Assembly (NCBI RefSeq): GCF_037042905.1
Contig: NC_087256.1
Span: forward strand, 19,902,001 to 19,966,000
Direction of reading: 5' to 3'
Length of the DNA stretch: 64,000 nucleotides
From: Lytechinus pictus
Lineage: Eukaryota
Below, in pieces: positions 1 to 13,576 of this stretch. The notes under the pieces are model-generated. The model saw only the letters and a list, made by a program, of their open reading frames with translations. It searched no databases and was not told where the DNA came from. Every line of letters begins with the position of its first letter. Position 1 is the first letter of the stretch. The position numbers were made by a program, and so were the translations under genes.

Positions 1-3000
1 TTCACTCTTCAAAAAAATTATATTTCGCTTTCCAAAAAAATATATTTCACTTTTCAAAAAAAATATATTTCAATTTTCCTAAAAATATATTTCACTTTTC
101 AAAAAAAATATATTTCACTTTTCCAAAAAAATAAATTTCACTTTTGAAAAAAATATATTTCACTTTTCAACAATTTTTTTTTTTATTTTGAGAGAAAACA
201 AATCCTTTCACTTTTGTTGGATAACACATGCGGCTGCCGTATTCGACCGTACGTAGAATTCATCTATCTACCTACATGATATATCTATCTATCTATCACT
301 CTGCCTAATATATATCTATCTGTTTAAATATGTCTATCTATCCATCTATCTGCCTGTCTGTTTATCTATCTATCTCTCAAACTATTTATTTTTCTATCTA
401 TCTGTCTAATAATTATCTGATTAAATATGTCTGTCTATCTATCTACGAATCTATCTATCTGTCTGTCTGTCTCTTTATCTATATATCTATCTAATATTTT
501 TTAATATGTCTGCATCTGTTTATTTATCAATCAGTCTATCTATCTATCTTATGATTTATCTGTCTTTTTATCTATCTGCCTATTTATCTTTATCTATCTA
601 TCTTATGTCTATCTGTTCAAAATATGTATGTCTATCTGTATGTCTACCTTTCATCTTTCAATCTAATATCTATTGATCTGTTCAAATAATCATGTCTGTT
701 TATTTGACTGTTTATGTTTAATGTTATTCTATCTGTCTATCTATCAATAAATATATCGATCTATTTTCTCTCTATCTATACATCTATCCATCTATTTATC
801 TATCTGTGTATGTACCTATGTATCTATCTGTCTCTGAATCTATGTTTATATCAAATATATCATAATCACCGTTTTCATAATCATCATATTTGCTATCAAT
901 CATTATCAGCATCATCCTCCTCATCATCGTATATTTTTTCGTCAATCAATATCTATCTAATGTCTGTCTATCTATCTAATACCTATTTTTCTGTTTATAT
1001 ATATATATATCTATCTATTAATATATATCTATCTTCTATTAATCTATCCACCTATCATTTATCCCTCCATCCATCCATCCCTCCATCCATCCATCTATTT
1101 ATCTATCTTTCTTATATGTATCTGTTTAAATATGTATGTCTATCTGTCTGTCTATTTATCTTTCATACTTATATCCACTCATTTGTTTAAATAATTATGT
1201 CTGTTTATCTATTTATCTACGACAGACCACCTAATTCGTCCGCATGACGAATTAAAATCTAGTTTCACTTGTTACATTTTAAATCTGAGAGAAAACAAAT
1301 CCTTTCACTTTTGTTGGATAACACGTACGACGGCTGCCGTATTAGACCGTACGTAAAGTTCATTCCTCACGTAAAATCCATTCCTCTCGCTACGAAAAAC
1401 ATTTCACTCTTGTTGCAAAATTCATTTCACTCAATTGCAAAAAATACGTTCCTCTTTTTTCTAGGCCTGTAGGCGGCGCGCTTCATTGTTGGCGGGAAAT
1501 AGAGATGGTTGCAAAATTTTCGCTGTGCTGAGGGGAGAAATCATGAAAGCGGTTGCAACTCACAAAATGACAAGGATATGGGGATATCAGCGAACGCAAT
1601 TACGTCACTTTCCCACGTGCACGAGAATGCACCACGAGGTGGGACCATGAACACAAAACGTAAAGTTTGATTTTATTGCTGATTATGCACAATAGCCAGT
1701 GCAATCAGCTGTTGCATTCTGCCCTACGATCAATCACTAATCTTAGCACGGTCTGGCTATACGTTTTGTAGGCATGGGGCATGAATACTTTATACATACA
1801 ATATCTACAGAGCTGAATGGTCAAGGTAAGTGTTGAAATTTCCCTTTTCTCCATTCCGTCTGTCTTTTACTTTATTGACATACGATGATCGTAATGATTG
1901 ATGAAATGAAGTTACAAAAATCTACAATTCACTGGTCAACTCGCTTGTACCTGCACTGCAAAACCAAATTCTCTCCAGTTTGTCCGAGACATGAATGGGG
2001 GGTTTTCCGATGCTACTCTCAGAACGGGCAATACTTCACCGTCTTTTGAACAGACATGAAAAGTGAGTATACGGGACTGAAGTTAAGTGATGACGTCATC
2101 GCTCAACCCTAAAAATTTGGTGTTAGCCGAGAATGTCCACTGAAAGCGATGACGTCTTCACCCATTCAGTCTTGTATGCTTTACCGCTTATGTCTGGTTT
2201 GAAGCATTCATCCTACAAACGAGGTTATAATGGTTTGAAGAAGCCCTCGCACTGCCGTGACAAAATGGTGAGAATTTGGTTTTGCAACGCAAGTACAAGC
2301 GAGTTGACCAGTGAAATGTAGCCTTTTGTATGCTTCATTTCTTCGATCATCGCGATTATCGTATGTCAATGAAGTAAAAGACAGACGGAATTGAGAAAAG
2401 GGAAATTTCAACACCTTGTCCATTTAGCTCCGGAGATAGTGTAGTGCCATGCGTGGAGCTATTCATGCTTCATATCATGCCTACAAAACGTTAGTGATTG
2501 ATCGTAGGGCAGAATGCAACAGCTGATTGCACTGGCTATTGTACATAATCAGCAATAAAATCAAACTTTATGTTTTGTGTTCATGGGCCCACCTCGTGGT
2601 GTATTCTCGGGCACGCGTGGGAAAGTGTCGTAATTGGGTTCGCTGGTATCCCCATATCCTTGTCATTTTGTGTGTTGCAACCGGATTCATGATTTCTCCC
2701 CTCAGCACAGCGAAAATTTTGCAACCATCTCTGTTACCTCGTCCTGCCAACAATGATGTGCGCCGCCTACAGGCCGAGAAAAAAGAGGAACGTATTTTTT
2801 TGCAATTGAGTGAAATGAATTTTGCAACAAGAGTGAAATGTTTTTCGTAGCGAGAGGAATGGATTTTACGTGAGTAATGAACTTTACGTACGGTCTAATA
2901 CGGCAGCCGTCGTATATGTTATCCAACAAAAGTGAAAGGATTTGTTTTCTCTCAGATTTAAAATGTAACAAGTGAAACTAGATTTTAATTCGTCGTGCGG

Positions 3001-4400
3001 ACGAATTAGGTGGTCTGTCGTAAATAAATAGATAAACAGACATAATTATTTAAACAAATGAGTGGATTAATAAGTATGAAAGATAAATAGACAGACAGAT
3101 AGACATACATATTTAAACAGATAAATATTAGAAAGATAGATAAATAGATTGATAGATGGAAGGAGAGATAAATGATAGGTGGATAGATTAATAGAAGATA
3201 GATAGATATATATTAAAAGATAGATAGATATAAACAGATAAATAGGTATTAGATAGATATACATTATATAGATATTGATTGACGACAAAAAATACGATGA
3301 TGAGAAGGATGATGCTGATAATGATTGATGGCAAATATGATGATGATAACGGTGATTATGATATGATATACACATAGATTCAGAGACAGATAGATACATA
3401 GGTACATACGCAGATAGATAAATAGATGGATAGATATATAGATAGAGAGAAAATAGATCGATATATTTATTGATAGATAACATAACATATTAAACAGATT
3501 TAATAGATACATATTAAATAGATAAACAGACATGATTATTTAAACAGATCAATAGATATTAGATTGAAAGATAAAAGGTAGACATACAGATGTCTATTTA
3601 TCTATCTATCTCTCGAACTATTTATATTTCTATCTATCTGTCTAATAATTATCTGTTTAAATATGTCTATCTATCTACGAATATGTCTCTCTATCTATCT
3701 ATCTATCTAATAGGCAGAGAGATAGGTAGATAGATAGATATAATCATGTAGGTAGATAGATAGATGGATTTTACGCACGGTCTAATACGGGAGCCACATG
3801 TGTTATACAACAAAAGTGAAAGGATTTGTTTTCTCTCAAAATTAAAATGTAACAAGTGAAATGATTCTTCGTCGAACAAAAATATTTTTTTTTGAAATAT
3901 ATTTTTTTGAAAAGTGAAATATATTTATTTGAAAAGTGAAATATATATTTTTTTTGAAAAGTGAAATGTATTTTTTGAAATGTATTTTTTATTTGAAAAG
4001 TGAAATGTATTTTTTTGAAAAGTGAAATATATTTTTTTTGAAAAGTGAAATATATTTTTTTGAAAAGTGAAATATTTTTTTTTGGAAAAGTGAAATATAT
4101 TTTTTGGAAAAGTGAAATATATTTTTTTGAAAAGTGAAATATATTTTTTGGAAAAGTGAAATATATTTTTTTTTAAAGTGAAATATATTTTTTTGGAAAA
4201 GTGAAACATATTTTTTTGAAAAGTGAAATATATTTTTTTGGAAAAGTGAAATATATATTTTTTTTGTAAGTAAAATATATTTTTTTATAAAGTGGAATAC
4301 ATTTTTAAAAGTGAAATATAAATTTCTTTGAGTGAAATGGTTTAATGGAAGAGAAACATTTTTTTCAAGTGAAATATATATTTAATTGATTCCCTATAAG
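1..4400. mobile_element. Foldback-type (FB/TU-like) element: giant imperfect palindrome centred at ~2104-2144; left end lies outside the window
   Basis: ~630-2103 is the reverse complement of ~2145-3590 (e.g. ORF 1269+ MLHFKSERKQIL.. mirrored by ORF 2702..2971-). ~190-300 mirrors ~3715-3840. Outer ~22-23 bp tandem repeats TTTCACTTTTCAAAAAAAATATA (1-180) are mirrored at 3890-4380. TATC microsatellite blocks occur in both arms. Right end is approximate. Confidence 0.8.
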
Positions 4401-4519
4401 CGTGCCATAGTTTAGTGGGCCTACAAGGTCACTTTGAGTAATGATTGTATTAAACCATTCCCTTCCAATGAACCATTGTATACGCAAGTGTGACTTTGTT
4501 GTCACACATCTGGCTAATG

Positions 4520-5062
4520 AAAGGAAAGTGGATTTGAATAAAAAGAGAAAAATCAAAGAAGCATAATGCAGAAGTTACACCAAAATTTGTTGCAAAATAG
4601 AGAGTTACAACATTTTTAAAATTTCCCTTATTTTTTACAGAACATTTATATGCACAACACAGTTACAATTTAAAGAGTTGATTGATGATGTCACTAACTC
4701 GCAATTTCTTTTGTATTTTATGATACGAAATATAGAATATTTACAGATTTGACAATGAGGAAGTAGCTACATGAATGGTTTCATAAATATTAATTCTGCT
4801 TATAGGAGGAATGAAACCTTGTTGACATGATGAGAAAATTGAGTTATTTCATATTTCATAAGATAAAATATAAAAGTGAGTGGGTGACATCAATGGTTCC
4901 CTCTTTGCATACCCACCAAGATGTGCATATAACTGTTTTGTGCAATTAAGGAAATATTTACACTTATAACTTTCTTATTGTACATCCTATTTTTATCAGT
5001 GTTATGATGGGGTTTTATTCACTTTTCATTGAAATAACTTTTTGCTGGGGTGGACTTGCCCA
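4520..5062. mobile_element. Degenerate copy of the AT-rich Kolobok-like MITE family also seen at 63006-63592
   Basis: Shares GATTTGAATAAAAAGAGAAAAATC..AAGCATAA, TGATGATGTCAC and terminal GGGGTGGACTTG motifs with the 63-kb copy. Another decayed copy lies at ~6520-7100. Confidence 0.55.
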
Positions 5063-5300
5063 TATATAATGACTACCTTTCTGCACTAACCATCCGTCTA
5101 CTTTGGCTGTGTTTTTATTTGGGGGGGTGGGGGTTTGCCCATGCCCTGCCCCATTTCCATGAATATAGTTTCTCTATTAAACAGATTAATGTACCTGATA
5201 GAAGTTTGTATGAGTAAACCATCTGCCTCTCTGATTATGATTAATTTTCTACTGACATCAGTTTTGTTACTATATTTCTCCTATTGTTTTTCTTTCATAG

Positions 5301-5364
5301 ATGTCTGGTAGCTGGAGAAATTCTGCGTGATTGGTACTCATCCCCCTTGGATTGCCTCATCTGA
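5301..5364 (+). CDS. Possible terminal coding exon of an upstream gene (..CLVAGEILRDWYSSPLDCLI*), followed by a long AT-rich 3' UTR (AATAAA ~9213)
   Basis: Strong polypyrimidine tract plus TTTCATAG acceptor at 5300 and a short GC-richer coding-like stretch ending in TGA. Reading frame and gene identity cannot be confirmed. Confidence 0.35.
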
Positions 5365-5793
5365 ACTACATACAATGTCACCAGCAGATGTTTGATATTT
5401 GTTTCACATATTTTCTGTGAAAATATTGTTGAAAATACCTTCCATATTTCTTATTCTCTGATTAGACCAATCATTCTTCATCTTAGTCTGCGATGTTAAA
5501 TTGAAAATATAGAAGCTGATGGAAATTGCTGAAATTTTATATTTTTGTACACCCATTATGAAGCAGAGATGAATTGTACTTTGAACTGTTGCAGTATTCT
5601 ACTAATAACATGTTTCATGGATGTACAAAATATGGCAGGGGATGTTTTTTTAGGCCGGCCTCGAGCTTAAACTTGCCAGCCTTGGGGCCGAGTCACATGT
5701 CTGTTGGAGAGAGTTTCCTCCAGTGGCTTGGTGACTGAGATTTCCTTTATAGGCTCCGACCCTGCAATATGGACTATTACTATTGGACTCATT

Positions 5794-6409
5794 GGCCCAT
5801 ATTCTGATGTCAGGTTTAACTTAGACCACGGTCTAACTCTGTGCTAAAATTATGGGGAGCCAAAAGTTCAAGATTTCTGTTTATATTGTATATTTCTTAA
5901 GTTTACTTTTTTGTTTCCTTTTGCTTTCATAATAAAGAAAAATACTTCAGTTATCATTCCCAAACAATGATGAACAATTTGGTTGTCATATGAGGTAATA
6001 AACTGAATGTGTACTGTTAGGAATTTGTGCCCCAATTGGCTATCCATAGTTAAACCACAACTTTACACCAGGGTTTAATTTAAACCCGACTTCAGAATAC
6101 GGGCCAATGGCTCGTATTCTAAAGTCAGGTTTAACTTAGACCATGGTCTAACTCTGCTAAAATTATGGGAAGCCAAAAACTTTAAAAAAATCCTGCTTAT
6201 ATTGTATATTTCTTATATTTACTTTTTTGTTTCCCTCTGCTTTCATAATAAAGAAAATATTTCAGTTATCATTCTTAGACAGTTATAAATGATTTGAGTG
6301 TCATAAATTGAACATGTACTAATGGAGATTTGAGCCCCAATTGGCTCTCCGTAGTTAAACTACAACTAAACCCAGGGTTTAATTTAAACCAGAGTTCAGA
6401 ATACAGCCC
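5794..6409. mobile_element. Head-to-tail dimer of a ~310-bp Harbinger-like MITE (5794-6105, 6109-6409)
   Basis: TIRs GGCCC(A/G)TATTCTGA.GTC.GGTTTAA / TTAAACCCGACTTCAGAATACGGGCC; 3-bp flanks ATT|AAT|ATT. A third family member is at 53850-54175. Confidence 0.75.
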
Positions 6410-9400
6410 ATTGTCATCCAACAGTTGCTCCCACCTTCTCATTATGTTTATTTTAATGAGAACACACAGGTGTATAGAAGATATCAGAAGTCAATACCAA
6501 CAATTTGATTTGAATAAGTAGAAGAATTTAAACAAGCAAGCATATCACTGTAAGTTTCATGAAACTTGGATGTAAAATGAAAAGACAAAAACCAGATGAG
6601 TGTTACTTTGGCATTTTTTATCCCCCTTAGAAAATTATAACATCTTAAATCTGACGTTTAATTTCACATACCAGTTGTATGCACAACATTGGTAAAATGA
6701 GTGAACCAGTGATGTCACACACATTTAATAAAAAGTAATAATATTGTACATGAAAATGTCATATTCAATTTTGTAGATATGATTTAGTAAAGAAGGTGTT
6801 GACTTAATAATCATTTTGAGTTACAATGATGTCGATTCCATATGTTTCAAGGTGGAGCCAAACCATGGTTGAAAAATTTTGAATTGTAAGTACCCAAAAC
6901 TGTCATGTATTAGTATAATACAAAAGAAATAGCGAGTGTGTGACGTCATTAGTTCCCTATGCATAAGCCCTTGTTGTGCATATAATCTTATTTTGTTGAA
7001 ATTTTCAACATTATGCTCATTGAATACTTTCCATTCGTTTTTAAATCAACTCTGCCTTTTATGATTACGTTACTCTAGGAGTGGAGACTATATTTACCTT
7101 AGCAATCGCTTCAAAGATAAAGAACTCTTTTATGGGATGCTTGTAAAGGGCCTATTATTTGCTTTTATAATTTAAAGGTTGGTTGTAGACAAATATATAT
7201 CTTTGTTTAGCGAACAAAATTCAGGGTTTTCTACTTAATATTGACGAGTCAGAGTCTTACGTTATTTCAGTAATGTTATATTTATATTTTTAACTTTGTA
7301 TATTACTAGTAAAAATTATTACAATGTTAAGAAGACTGCCATGTAAGTTTAATTATACCTCCGAAATAGAGTCGAAAGGGTTATAAAATATATCTGGTTT
7401 GGCGATCAGGCAGTTCGTTGCAAGTGAAATATAAAATAAGTAAATTATTTTCCCAGTTTACTGCAGGTGAGACTTGAGAAACAAATTGGTCTTGGTGTAA
7501 GACACACTCGGATACATTCTTGGAATGAGTTAGATACTGCATTTCCATGGAGGTATCTAGATTTCGCTGGCAATAATTATAGGAAACATGGTAGTGTTGC
7601 CATGGTAATGGCATATTATATATGTTCGTCACATGAGTGATATTTCTTGTTTCACGTGTTTACATTTTATGGCCAGGGTAGTTGAATATGTCTAAAGAGC
7701 TTTAGACACCTGCTTAGTGTATTAAGCTTTATATGAAAGTGAATTATGTTTTTTTGCAAGATATATTTTATTCGAATATGAATATGAAATATTTAAAAAA
7801 TAGTTTGTTTTTTTTTCTTTCTAGGAATCTTGAATTATTTTGGAAATGGGACTAAAGACACTTTTTTCCTTCATTTAGACATTAATGTTTGACATTTGAT
7901 AGAATGAGGAATATTCTCAATTCAAATATAATTCTGAGAATTCTTAGAAAGAGATGATTAAATATATTTTGAAACTCTGAATATGAATGAAGTGAATCAT
8001 GACAACTCACAATTTTTTTTATTCTAAGATTTAAAACAATATGAATGCCGAAAATCATGACAGGGTACTGTATAAGTTTTTATGTGTACTTGCCAAGTGT
8101 AGTGAGATGATATTATTTTACACACTGTAGGAGATTTTATATTGATATTGTGTCACATTTGATAGAAAGGGATACATTTAAATGATGTAAAGTGTATTCC
8201 ATCTTCAGGAATCCATCATGTCAATTGATTTCATCAGAGCCTGTTACACATTTAAATGTGTTGAATAGTATTAGGAGGAAATTGTGGCGAGACTGTATCC
8301 AGTGCTTTGGACATTTTTTTTTACCAATTTGGTAAAGAATTTATTTTTCTTCTATTTCATTTGCACAGATGTGATATATTCTTTGATTGTTTAGGCTTGC
8401 ATTTGTATCTTTGACAATTGATGGAATATTTTTATTATTCAGTTTGGTATATCTTTTAGCATTGTTTAATTTATGTATGCAAACTAAAACTGATCTGATT
8501 TAATGATGGCTGAAATGTGGTGAATGGTATATTTTGAGATGTTGCTAGATTGATTATCCTTTTGGTGTATTTATGATTTAGGGGTTTACAGTACTTTTGC
8601 TAGCATTCAATTATTTGTTTTAGTTATAAATTTTACTTGTATAACTAAATTACATGCTTGCCTAAGAGTTAAAGTACTTGTCCTTTAACGAGTTGAACTG
8701 TAGCACAAATTTCAAGATTTATAATCAGGGATCTAAATAAATTTACTATTGGCTTGGCTTTCTTTGGAAAATAATGAAATCAAATTAATTCAATGCTTAA
8801 TTGAATGTTTTAATTTGGAAATTAATTCAATGCTTAATTGAATGTTTTATCAAAATAATTTTTTATTCGAAAACTGGTCAATACTTAACACAAACTTGTC
8901 ACAAATAATATTATTTTTAGATTGTTTTATTTGTATACTTGAGAGATACATATTTTATGTGCTTGAATTTGTTAAATCCTGCCTCTAGAAGTGCCTTTCT
9001 TCTGTCCTGTGCGTTTCTTCTTCCGAAAATTATTTTTTGTTTCATGTATCATATAAATTGTTTATACTGTTTAGACACAAATATTTTTGTACACAGCCAA
9101 GGTGGTATATTGGCTCCAATAGTACTGGTATAATTATGGTTCTACTAAATTGCTCCATACAATAGCCTTAAAAGACTTCCTTTATTGGGAATGGGTTATC
9201 TGCCAATTTATGAATAAAGATGTATGATTCTAATAAGATTTAAGACTCCAGTTTATTATTGATTTCCCCTTATGTTGTTTTCTTTTATGAGTCCGTGTGT
9301 GTGTGTGTGCAGAAGCGTTGATGTGGTTGGGCAATCGCCGCTCCTCCCCCCAATGATGTGGGGAGGGATTGATTTGGCAACTTGATAAACTTCATAATAT

Positions 9401-9703
9401 ACAATGCAATAGAAATCATTAACTTTGGCGCAAAAAAGCGGATTTGCCTCTCACTCATTAAGGCTCTTTTCCTCTGGTAATTCTTAAGTCACTTAAAAAA
9501 AATGTAACCTCTCTCCTTTCTCTTTTCTATGATATCTATTTCTTCTTGTAACAAAGGTTAGACGTCCGAAACAACTATTTTTGGGCTCACCTTTAGCATG
9601 AATGTACAGATGCATTTATTCCTGGGGGGGGGGGGGTTCAAAGATTGTAAACTAGATGATTGTGATTCTCCAGTACCCATTTGACGGTCTCAAACGGGAC
9701 AAA

Positions 9704-12700
9704 TTACTGCTGGCAGTAAGTATCCTTGCCATTAGTTTCCAGATAGAACGACCCAGTGGCAGTGCTCTGGTCCGCGTTGTATCCCATCTCCGGACAGCCA
9801 GCCAGCCCACATCGGGTGCATAGACCAGCTTGGTACTGGTTCCACGAACCGCATGGGTACGCGGTAAAAGCGCAATCTGTTGACCGGATGCTCTCCTCAA
9901 AGTAGTAGACTGACCGGAAGTGATCGCAAGCGACCTCACGAAGCAAGGGACATCCGGGCATGTCGTCGCCTCCGTTCGGGTAGAAATCGACGTGCCCAAC
10001 CTGTTAGAAGTGTGTGGAAATAAAATTTGGTTTATGATAATCATCTTTTCATTCATCCTCCTCTTCCTGTTTATCTTCATCCTCTTCGTTCCCCTCTTCC
10101 TTTTCGTTCTTATCCCTCTTCTGGTTTTTATCCTCATTCATCTCTTCCCTTTCTTCTTCTAATCATCTTCCCTAGTATCCTCCTCGACCTTTCTTCCCAT
10201 TATCATCTCCGTTTCTACCTCATACTCATCGTCTTTGTCTTCCTCCTCCTTCTAACCCTCTTCCACTTCCTCGTCCTTGTCATTTTTCTCACCATTCTCC
10301 TCATCCTTGTGCTTTTCCTTATCCTGCGTCTTCCTATTCCTTTCCTTCTTTTTCTTTTGCTGGAGAATCTGCTCCCTCATTTAGAGAAGGTTTTTTGCAC
10401 ATCACGTATGGTTTAATGACCTAATACGAAATGATCTATTCCTTGCTGCATGTATCTAATTTTGCCTTTCAAGTGTGCAAATTACTTTTCCATACACTTT
10501 TTCTGCAAGCTCCAACCCTGAGTCCTCAAATAAAAGTATTCACGTTATAGAGATGACATCTGCTAATGACTCTTAGTATATCGGGATGCCCCTCCAGGGA
10601 AGTCTGACTGTTCTTCAAGTACCGACTTCAATGGTTAGGCCTACATTACCCCCCCCCCCCCCCCACCCACCCTTACACATGTCTCCAAAACGCAATAATT
10701 TGGTGTCGAAAGGCAGTCCTATACATTCGTAATTGTAAGATAATTTTGACTATTATTTGCCAAATTTACAATCATTTAGCCTATATTTCAACTCTTACGC
10801 TGTGATTGAAATTCTCAATCTATACATACCGGTTCGAGGATGCCCATTCCAAGAATTTCATGGGTATCTGTGTGAATGTTATCAACGAAGAGGGCGTCGG
10901 AGGGATCCAGTCTACATTCTGGATCAACACCACGGAAGGATGGGCCAGCTGGGTCAAGACCTGTCGAGGGGGAAGAAAGAAAAACAGTGGCGTATCTAAA
11001 TGAGGAGATAACGGGATAAGCCTTCATGCCCCATGGACTACTTCGGGGCGCCAAAACAAAAACTTCTTTAAAATCTTTAAATTAAGATATAAAAATGAGG
11101 GGGGTTGGGTTGAAAGTATTTTGAACCTTCAAAAAACTAAGAAAAGAATGATGTGGCAGCTGAACTGAAAAGGGCGTATTAAACCACTGAAAATTCTAGA
11201 TTAATCAAAACAATGATGATCTGCCATTTACAGGCATATACCATGGTATATAGAGGGAGTGAGGGAAGAGGGGTGGTTAATAATGAGGAGGATGTCAACG
11301 TCATTTTCTGCTGCTAAGACTTTTCCTTCTTTATCTTAACTCCTGAAAAGAATCTATATTTTTTGTTTTTCTTCTAGTGACTCAATAAACAATGTCATAT
11401 GTGTGGATACTGGAACAACTTTCCAAGCGTGCTAAATAATTTATCTGATATCAATCCAATGAGGTATTATTTACCAGTAATACGACCTAATCCGGATTGG
11501 AAGGCCCCTGCGTAGCCGGCTGTATGGGCTCCCAGGCTATGGCCAATAAGATGCATATCACCGAAATCTGCCCCATGAACTCTGAAAAAAAAATCAATAA
11601 TAATTTCTATTCTATATTTTTTTTTATCAGCAAAACATTTATTGGGGGAAATCTGCCTTGCATCGCCTGAATAAGGGGGTGAGATAAGAGTTAAAGGAGA
11701 TTCCGCCGCGTCATGGACCATAAAGGTTGTCAAATCTAAAGCTCCCTGAAATTGGCTGCCTTGAATCCTTAAAATCACTCGTCCTAAAAAATGTCACCTT
11801 TCTTTCATGTTGTCAAGCAAATAAATGTTTTAAATTGCTTACCTTGGACATATATTCATTTTGCTCAATTGCTTGTCTTTTTTTTCTTTTTTATTTGGGG
11901 GGGGGGGGCTAATTTCTATTCTCTTCATGATGGCCTTGTTTTTTAACGGTCTTCTTTCCGTTACTTCTTCACCCCTAGCTTTGTGCTCCTTTTCAATAAA
12001 AAAAGTCTTCCCCCCACCCCGTAACACCGCCCCTGCGCAGAGTCATATCTACTTACCTGTTAAGGGCACGTGCCAACATTGCTATCTCTCGGCCAACCAC
12101 CCTCGTGTTTTGACGGCAAAGATTGTAGCCTCCGTTAGCCCCATCATTCCAATCCACCATGATCACGTTCATATTCTCCTGTGACAATATTAAAAGAATT
12201 CTTATAAGATCGATATGTATGTATTCAGCCCTTTTCCTTCCGAAGCTGCCATCCTCACTCAATTGCAGAAAAAATATACCTACAACCTCGCACAATCTCA
12301 CACACCCACTCCTATCCCACATGCATCTCTTAACCACACACGCATATACACACACCCTCTCTTTCACACTCACCCTCACACATGGACACCCACACACCTT
12401 CCTTGCAATTCTCACGGAACCCACTCACACAAATACGCACACCATCCACATAATCCACCCACACACAATCTCACCCTATGACAAACATACATTACGCACA
12501 CTAGTATTTTTTGCAAGATTTTTAAAAATTATTGATTATCAGTGATATCGAACGAATCGCAAAATCTTTTCTGCAAAGTTTTATTTTCGATCTTATAAGA
12601 CAATAATGAATTCTAATCACCATTTAGATAGGCTAATTGCTTTATGTCACCATACTCTTCATTTATTCTTATCCAGTATTTGTTTTTGGAGAGTTCGGTT

Positions 12701-13576
12701 GCTCCTTGCATTTTAAATATTCAAGGAATAACTAATGATATTCATATCGTTGAATAAATTTAGTTTCTATATAGGCCGAAGAACTTAAAATTTTAATTAT
12801 TCAGTTGTAATCAAAGTAAACAAAGACAAATGAACTTTCAGCAAGTTTACTATGGAGCTTTGGTAGAATTTTACAGTTAAAGGTTACCTTATTTAGGAGT
12901 GAGTTTTTGATTGCCTGGAAGTAATCTGAAAAGATTGTATCGGTGAAGCCATGGATGATGAACTTTGTCTGGAGTCGGCCATCCAAGAGTGACGCCATCA
13001 GGTTCCCGTCGTCGTTGCGGTCGAGGAGCTGGTGGTCGCCTTGGGCTTGGTTCGACCGGGTGTAGAGGAAGAACTGGGTGTTGACCTTGGCTGGTGATTC
13101 GGGCGGGAAGCGAAGCGAATGGCACGAGGCCGAGTCGTCGAAGCAGCCCAAGCCATCGTAGCAAACCTCACGTGCAAATGCTTGGGATATAAAGCAGTAA
13201 ATCATGAAAATCGATATAAAAGGGACTATTTGTTTTTCTTTAGATATAACTTTTTTTAACAACTCAACGTCAAAACCGTTTTTTCATCAAAACTATATTG
13301 ATAGAGGAAAGTTGCCTTCTTAAAACTGAGTTTGATCTTGTAAGAGTTGTTGCTCATGATATTCATTTACATCACAATATATTTCTTTTTACAAACAGTA
13401 TTGCTGAAATATTTGCTTATCCGTTTCATCTGACTTTGTTATCAGTTATATATCATTCGAAATTTATTACGATATACATATTTCTTTTTTGGTTGGTAGA
13501 AAAAAAATTGGGCAGCATTTTTCTCACCTGACTGGAGGAATAGCAATGTGGATAAGACCACGGCAAGCCCGTCCAT
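9704..13576 (-). CDS. Lipase 1: secreted pancreatic lipase-related (PLRP2/PLA1-like) protein, 332 aa. Exons 13576-13528, 13180-12888, 12178-12057, 11581-11475, 10960-10830, 10000-9704
   Basis: Signal peptide [19 protein letters not shown]; motifs [27 protein letters not shown] (Ser), GLDPAGP (Asp), [16 protein letters not shown] (His). All junctions are GT-AG, phases 1,0,2,1,0, summing to 999 nt. Confidence 0.92.

Noticed and set aside
714-4209. ORFs of 60-160 aa in the first 4.2 kb, including a mirrored pair
   Set aside because: Translations of TATC microsatellite and tandem repeats; the mirrored ORFs merely reflect the palindrome.
3890-4380. Regular ~22-bp repeats superficially like a CRISPR array
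   Set aside because: No unique spacers, no cas genes, eukaryotic context; this is the foldback outer domain.
9920-10416. Hydrophobic ORFs suggesting a membrane protein (also 44072-44362, 52789-53172)
   Set aside because: CT/GA-rich low-complexity intronic or intergenic sequence.
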